DNA of 51,899 nt from Thraustochytrium aureum (lineage: Eukaryota). The position numbers were made by a program, and so were the translations under genes. The stretch lies in NCBI GenBank assembly GCA_012862495.1, contig BLSG01000044.1:41641-93539 (forward strand), given 5' to 3'. Below are positions 47,878-51,899 of this stretch, piece after piece. A model generated the notes under the pieces. That model made no database searches. It had not been told where the DNA came from and saw only the letters and a list, made by a program, of their open reading frames with translations. Every line of letters starts with the position of its first letter. The first letter of the stretch is position 1.

Positions 47878-49332
47878 TCAAGCTGGGCAGACACCGCCAG
47901 CCTCGCACCGTTGCTTGGACACTAGATCCGTCAGCGCGCCAGGAAAGTATCGCTGGAACTTTTCCCACGATCCGATGGAAGCAGTCGACACCGGCCGACT
48001 GATCTGGACAGCCGACGCAGTGTACACGGGCCGCCCGCCGCTTGGGGCGGACAGGTCAGGCTCAATGGGGTCCAGCCCCAAGAGTGCAAGCACGCGCCTC
48101 AGCTCTGCGCCGGTATCGCGCGCCAAGTCCTCATACCGAACTGTAATCCATTCCGGGAACTCGGCGTCTGCCCAGATTTCCATCGTACTCTGGAGCGACT
48201 GTGCCACCGCAGCAATGCGGTCGAGAGACGCCGTCTGGCAGCTGTGCACGACGTCGTTGTACGGCTGCAGCAAGTTGCTCATCGCCGCGTCGGCGAGGTC
48301 GCGTTGGACGTAGATCACGGGGGCCTGCGGAAAGAGGAGCCAGCCCAGCGGGAGGAACCGCCAGTTGCTCAGCATCTTGTCAACGATGAACCGCGGCTCT
48401 TTTTCCGGCTGCGCCCCTCCAGTGCGGCGCCGCGCTGCGACCGCCCGAATCGCCGCGATGTAGCGCGCACGAGCGCCGTCGAGGTCTGTTAGCGTGCTGC
48501 GAAGTTGAGCCCAGGTCAGCTCACACGACTCTACCGCATTGTCTTGGTCGACCAAGCAACGCCGGTTGCGCGGGAGAGCCACGTCCTCGAGCGAAAAGGT
48601 CTCCCCTGCGCCGTCAACAAGCGGGTGCTGATTCAAGAGCTCCTCAAGCAGGGTCGATCCTGACCGCGGCAAGCCGACCACGAATATCGGCATTGGGCCA
48701 ACCAGCGGCCGCGCAGCCTGGGCTGCCGCTTGCTTCTTAAACCAGGCCCGGAACTTCAGGCTGCGCAGAGCGTCGATATTACCAATCACCTCGTGGTGGG
48801 CGAGCTGGAGGACATGGAGCTCTGATGCGCCGATCCTTTCGGAGCGGATTCGGCAATTGATTGCCTTGTACAGCTTTGCGGTCCGAAAAGCCTGGTCCAC
48901 GAGGCCGAGACGATGCTCCAAGAGCGCCTTGTGGAAGAGACCCCGGATCCTTTGCTCTTCGCCGGCAGAGCTCGCGATCTCGTCAAAGTCAACGTTGCTC
49001 AGCTCCCGGTACACGGGGAAGAGGTCGCGCACAGGGTCGCCGCGGCTCGTATAAAGCCGGGCCGCCGCCCACTCGACAAAGTCTTGCGCAGCGCACATGC
49101 CGTCTCGCGCAGCCATCAGTTGATCTGTGCCCGCCTCAACTCGCGAGCACGCCGCCACGGCCTTCATGGCCTCCTCATGCCGCGCCATTTTGTTGAGTGC
49201 AAGCGCAGCGACGTACGAAAAGCGGCCAGAGTCAGCTCGTGCAGCCCGCCGAAAGGCCTCCAAGACCTCTTCTGGGGGCGCAGGCAGCGTCACCGACGCC
49301 TCCGAGTACCGTGCGACGGCCCACCAGGCGTC
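47878..49332 (-). CDS. PAPS-dependent sulfotransferase with a helical (TPR-like) N-terminal region; 5' end in gap
   Basis: PIFVVGLPRSGSTLLEELLNQHP (5'-PSB loop), IVDKML, IYVQRDLADAAMS (3'-PB), VRYEDL and VYTASAVQISRPV..SIGSW. Confidence 0.85.
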   Translation of the reverse strand, partial: DAWWAVARYSEASVTLPAPPEEVLEAFRRAARADSGRFSYVAALALNKMARHEEAMKAVAACSRVEAGTDQLMAARDGMCAAQDFVEWAAARLYTSRGDPVRDLFPVYRELSNVDFDEIASSAGEEQRIRGLFHKALLEHRLGLVDQAFRTAKLYKAINCRIRSERIGASELHVLQLAHHEVIGNIDALRSLKFRAWFKKQAAAQAARPLVGPMPIFVVGLPRSGSTLLEELLNQHPLVDGAGETFSLEDVALPRNRRCLVDQDNAVESCELTWAQLRSTLTDLDGARARYIAAIRAVAARRRTGGAQPEKEPRFIVDKMLSNWRFLPLGWLLFPQAPVIYVQRDLADAAMSNLLQPYNDVVHSCQTASLDRIAAVAQSLQSTMEIWADAEFPEWITVRYEDLARDTGAELRRVLALLGLDPIEPDLSAPSGGRPVYTASAVQISRPVSTASIGSWEKFQRYFPGALTDLVSKQRCEAGGVCPA

Positions 49333-50187
49333 NNNNNNNNNNNNNNNNNNNNNNNNNNNNNNNNNNNNNNNNNNNNNNNNNNNNNNNNNNNNNNNNNNNN
49401 NNNNNNNNNNNNNNNNNNNNNNNNNNNNNNNNNNNNNNNNNNNNNNNNNNNNNNNNNNNNNNNNNNNNNNNNNNNNNNNNNNNNNNNNNNNNNNNNNNNN
49501 NNNNNNNNNNNNNNNNNNNNNNNNNNNNNNNNNNNNNNNNNNNNNNNNNNNNNNNNNNNNNNNNNNNNNNNNNNNNNNNNNNNNNNNNNNNNNNNNNNNN
49601 NNNNNNNNNNNNNNNNNNNNNNNNNNNNNNNNNNNNNNNNNNNNNNNNNNNNNNNNNNNNNNNNNNNNNNNNNNNNNNNNNNNNNNNNNNNNNNNNNNNN
49701 NNNNNNNNNNNNNNNNNNNNNNNNNNNNNNNNNNNNNNNNNNNNNNNNNNNNNNNNNNNNNNNNNNNNNNNNNNNNNNNNNNNNNNNNNNNNNNNNNNNN
49801 NNNNNNNNNNNNNNNNNNNNNNNNNNNNNNNNNNNNNNNNNNNNNNNNNNNNNNNNNNNNNNNNNNNNNNNNNNNNNNNNNNNNNNNNNNNNNNNNNNNN
49901 NNNNNNNNNNNNNNNNNNNNNNNNNNNNNNNNNNNNNNNNNNNNNNNNNNNNNNNNNNNNNNNNNNNNNNNNNNNNNNNNNNNNNNNNNNNNNNNNNNNN
50001 NNNNNNNNNNNNNNNNNNNNNNNNNNNNNNNNNNNNNNNNNNNNNNNNNNNNNNNNNNNNNNNNNNNNNNNNNNNNNNNNNNNNNNNNNNNNNNNNNNNN
50101 NNNNNNNNNNNNNNNNNNNNNNNNNNNNNNNNNNNNNNNNNNNNNNNNNNNNNNNNNNNNNNNNNNNNNNNNNNNNNNNNNNNNNNN

Positions 50188-51775
50188 CTCGGAGAACGAT
50201 GCTGTGGACGATGGCATGAACCACGAAGAGGGCGAGGGCGAGGACGAGGACGAGGACGGCGCCTCGAATGGGCGCCTTGAAGGGTTGGAAGCCGAGGACG
50301 GCGCTGGTTTCGGAGGCCTGACCGTCGCTGGAAAGTCGGTCGAGCCTTTTCTCGTTAAATTGGAGCGCTCGTTCGCCTGGTGGGCACAGTCAGACCGCAC
50401 CGTGCTCTTCTGGGGCAGCGAGCTGTTCCACAAGTGGTACTTCAAGTCCTGGAGCAAAGCGTTCAAAAATGCTGGATTCAAGGTCTTGGAACGGCCGCGG
50501 TTCGGCCCCTTGCCGAAGAGCGAGATTCCCAGCGTACAAAAGTACGGGGCCGTCTTTTGCCTCACGTACGAGATCAGCGGGTGCTTCATGACCCCCTCAA
50601 CGCACACCAAGCTTGCGCCACATCATCGCCTCAACATGGCCCCCTTTCTGCGCGAAACGGTCTGGAACAAGGGAAACTTTTGCAAAGTGATCCAGCGCGC
50701 CACTCTGGACAACCCGGTCTTCGACAAGTACATCTTCAAGTGCTTTTTGCACCCAGAGAACACACAGGCGGCCCTAAAGCACGCCAGCGCCAAACCGGGG
50801 CAAAAGTTTATTGTCAAGCCGCTCGCCAGCGGGGGCGGCCGCGGGATTCGCGTGGTGGACTCGCTCGAATCCTTGCACAGCTCCAAGCCGCTGATCATCC
50901 AGGACTTTTTGAGCAACCCGCACCTGATCAACGGGTACAAGTGGGACATCCGTGCGTATGCGGTGGTCACTTCTACCGTGCCGCTGCGAGCGTACATGTA
51001 TGGCCGCGGCTTGGTGCGGTTTGCCGCCGACGCGTTCGACCCCTCTGCCAAGAACGGCGGCAAGCGCTCGCAGTTTCTCACCAACATCAGCCTTGGGACA
51101 AAGTGGCAGAAAAAGAATGTGAGCGAGATCACGTGGTCGCTCGCCGACCTCGAGACGCACATCGAGGCGAACGAGCGCACGCCGGAGCGGCCGCACCCGT
51201 TCAAGGCGCTGCAGAAGAGCATCCTGGGCGCCGCCTCGGTGGTGTTCTTGAGCGCCGAGCAAGAGTGGCGTCGTCTCTACGCGACCAAGAATGAAAGCTG
51301 CCGCAACTGCTTCAAGCACTTTGGACTCGACATCATCATCGACGAAAACTTGAACGCGCGCGTGATCGAGGCCAACGGGCAGCCGGGGATGACGCTTTCC
51401 AAGGACTGGAAGGACCACTACTCGCAAACCAAGCTCCGAATGGTGAGCGACCTCGTGGCTATGGTCTACAATGAAAAGCCCACGGCGCACCGCCTAGCGC
51501 TTGCGCTGCGCGAGGCTGACCCTGCGCTGCTGGAGGCCCTCAACACCGAGGATTGGCAGTACCTCCTCGAGTATGGGGCGGAGCGCCAGAGCATGGGCGA
51601 GTTCTTACCCGTGTACCCAAACGGTCAACTAGCAGACATGCAAACCGAGTTGCTGGAGCAGCAGCCGGCTCTGCAGAACCGGTATCCCAATCGCCTCGCG
51701 CTGAACCGCGTTCTCACGTATTTGGAGCGCTCCGGCCAGTTTGGGCCACCCGGGGGCGCCCCTGGGGCGAATTAA
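50188..51775 (+). CDS. Tubulin-tyrosine ligase (TTL/TTLL) family ATP-grasp protein; 5' end in gap
   Basis: FIVKPLASGGGRGI, IIQDFLSNPHLINGYKWDIRAYAVVTS, GLVRFA, FLTNISL and CFKHFGLDIIIDENLNARVIEANGQP (ExN motif). Confidence 0.85.
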
Positions 51776-51899
51776 AATCAGCCTGCGTGCGCGAGCAACC
51801 TGCGTGCACAACGCGAGCAGCCGCAGCGCGAGTCTTTCTTTCTTTCTCTCTAGAGTAGCTAGCTAGCCTGACCCTGAAAAACCCAGCAAACCCTGTGCG

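Overview
This is a gene-dense, GC-rich eukaryotic (protist-like) scaffold with about 20 N-gaps; it is not prokaryotic. The evidence is histone H4, Rab5, UBE2C, Tim9, a HEATR5 homologue and GT-AG spliceosomal introns with CTRAC-type branch points. About 18 protein genes can be supported: a TM RING-H2 E3 ligase, a ~12.5 kb (~4,100 aa) multi-Ig/ASH-like orphan, TruD, H4, Rab5, a PKD2-like channel, mitochondrial PheRS, UBE2C, two ankyrin proteins, HEATR5, a 2OG-Fe(II)/StrG-like dioxygenase, a secreted Cys-rich pre-pro-protein, Tim9, a disordered protein with a C-terminal PIP box, an Arf-like GTPase fragment, a sulfotransferase and a TTL-family ligase. Most appear intronless. The most striking sequence-level observation is in Rab5, which can only be reconstructed with a 2-nt micro-exon ('CT') plus a 16-nt exon, and whose next intron holds a possible AG|GT recursive splice point. 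At least nine single-base frameshifts break otherwise intact genes, all at short homopolymer runs. These are most likely sequencing errors, but recoding cannot be excluded from sequence alone. No rRNA, tRNA, CRISPR array or mobile element could be supported. All family calls come from motif recognition by eye, not database searches.
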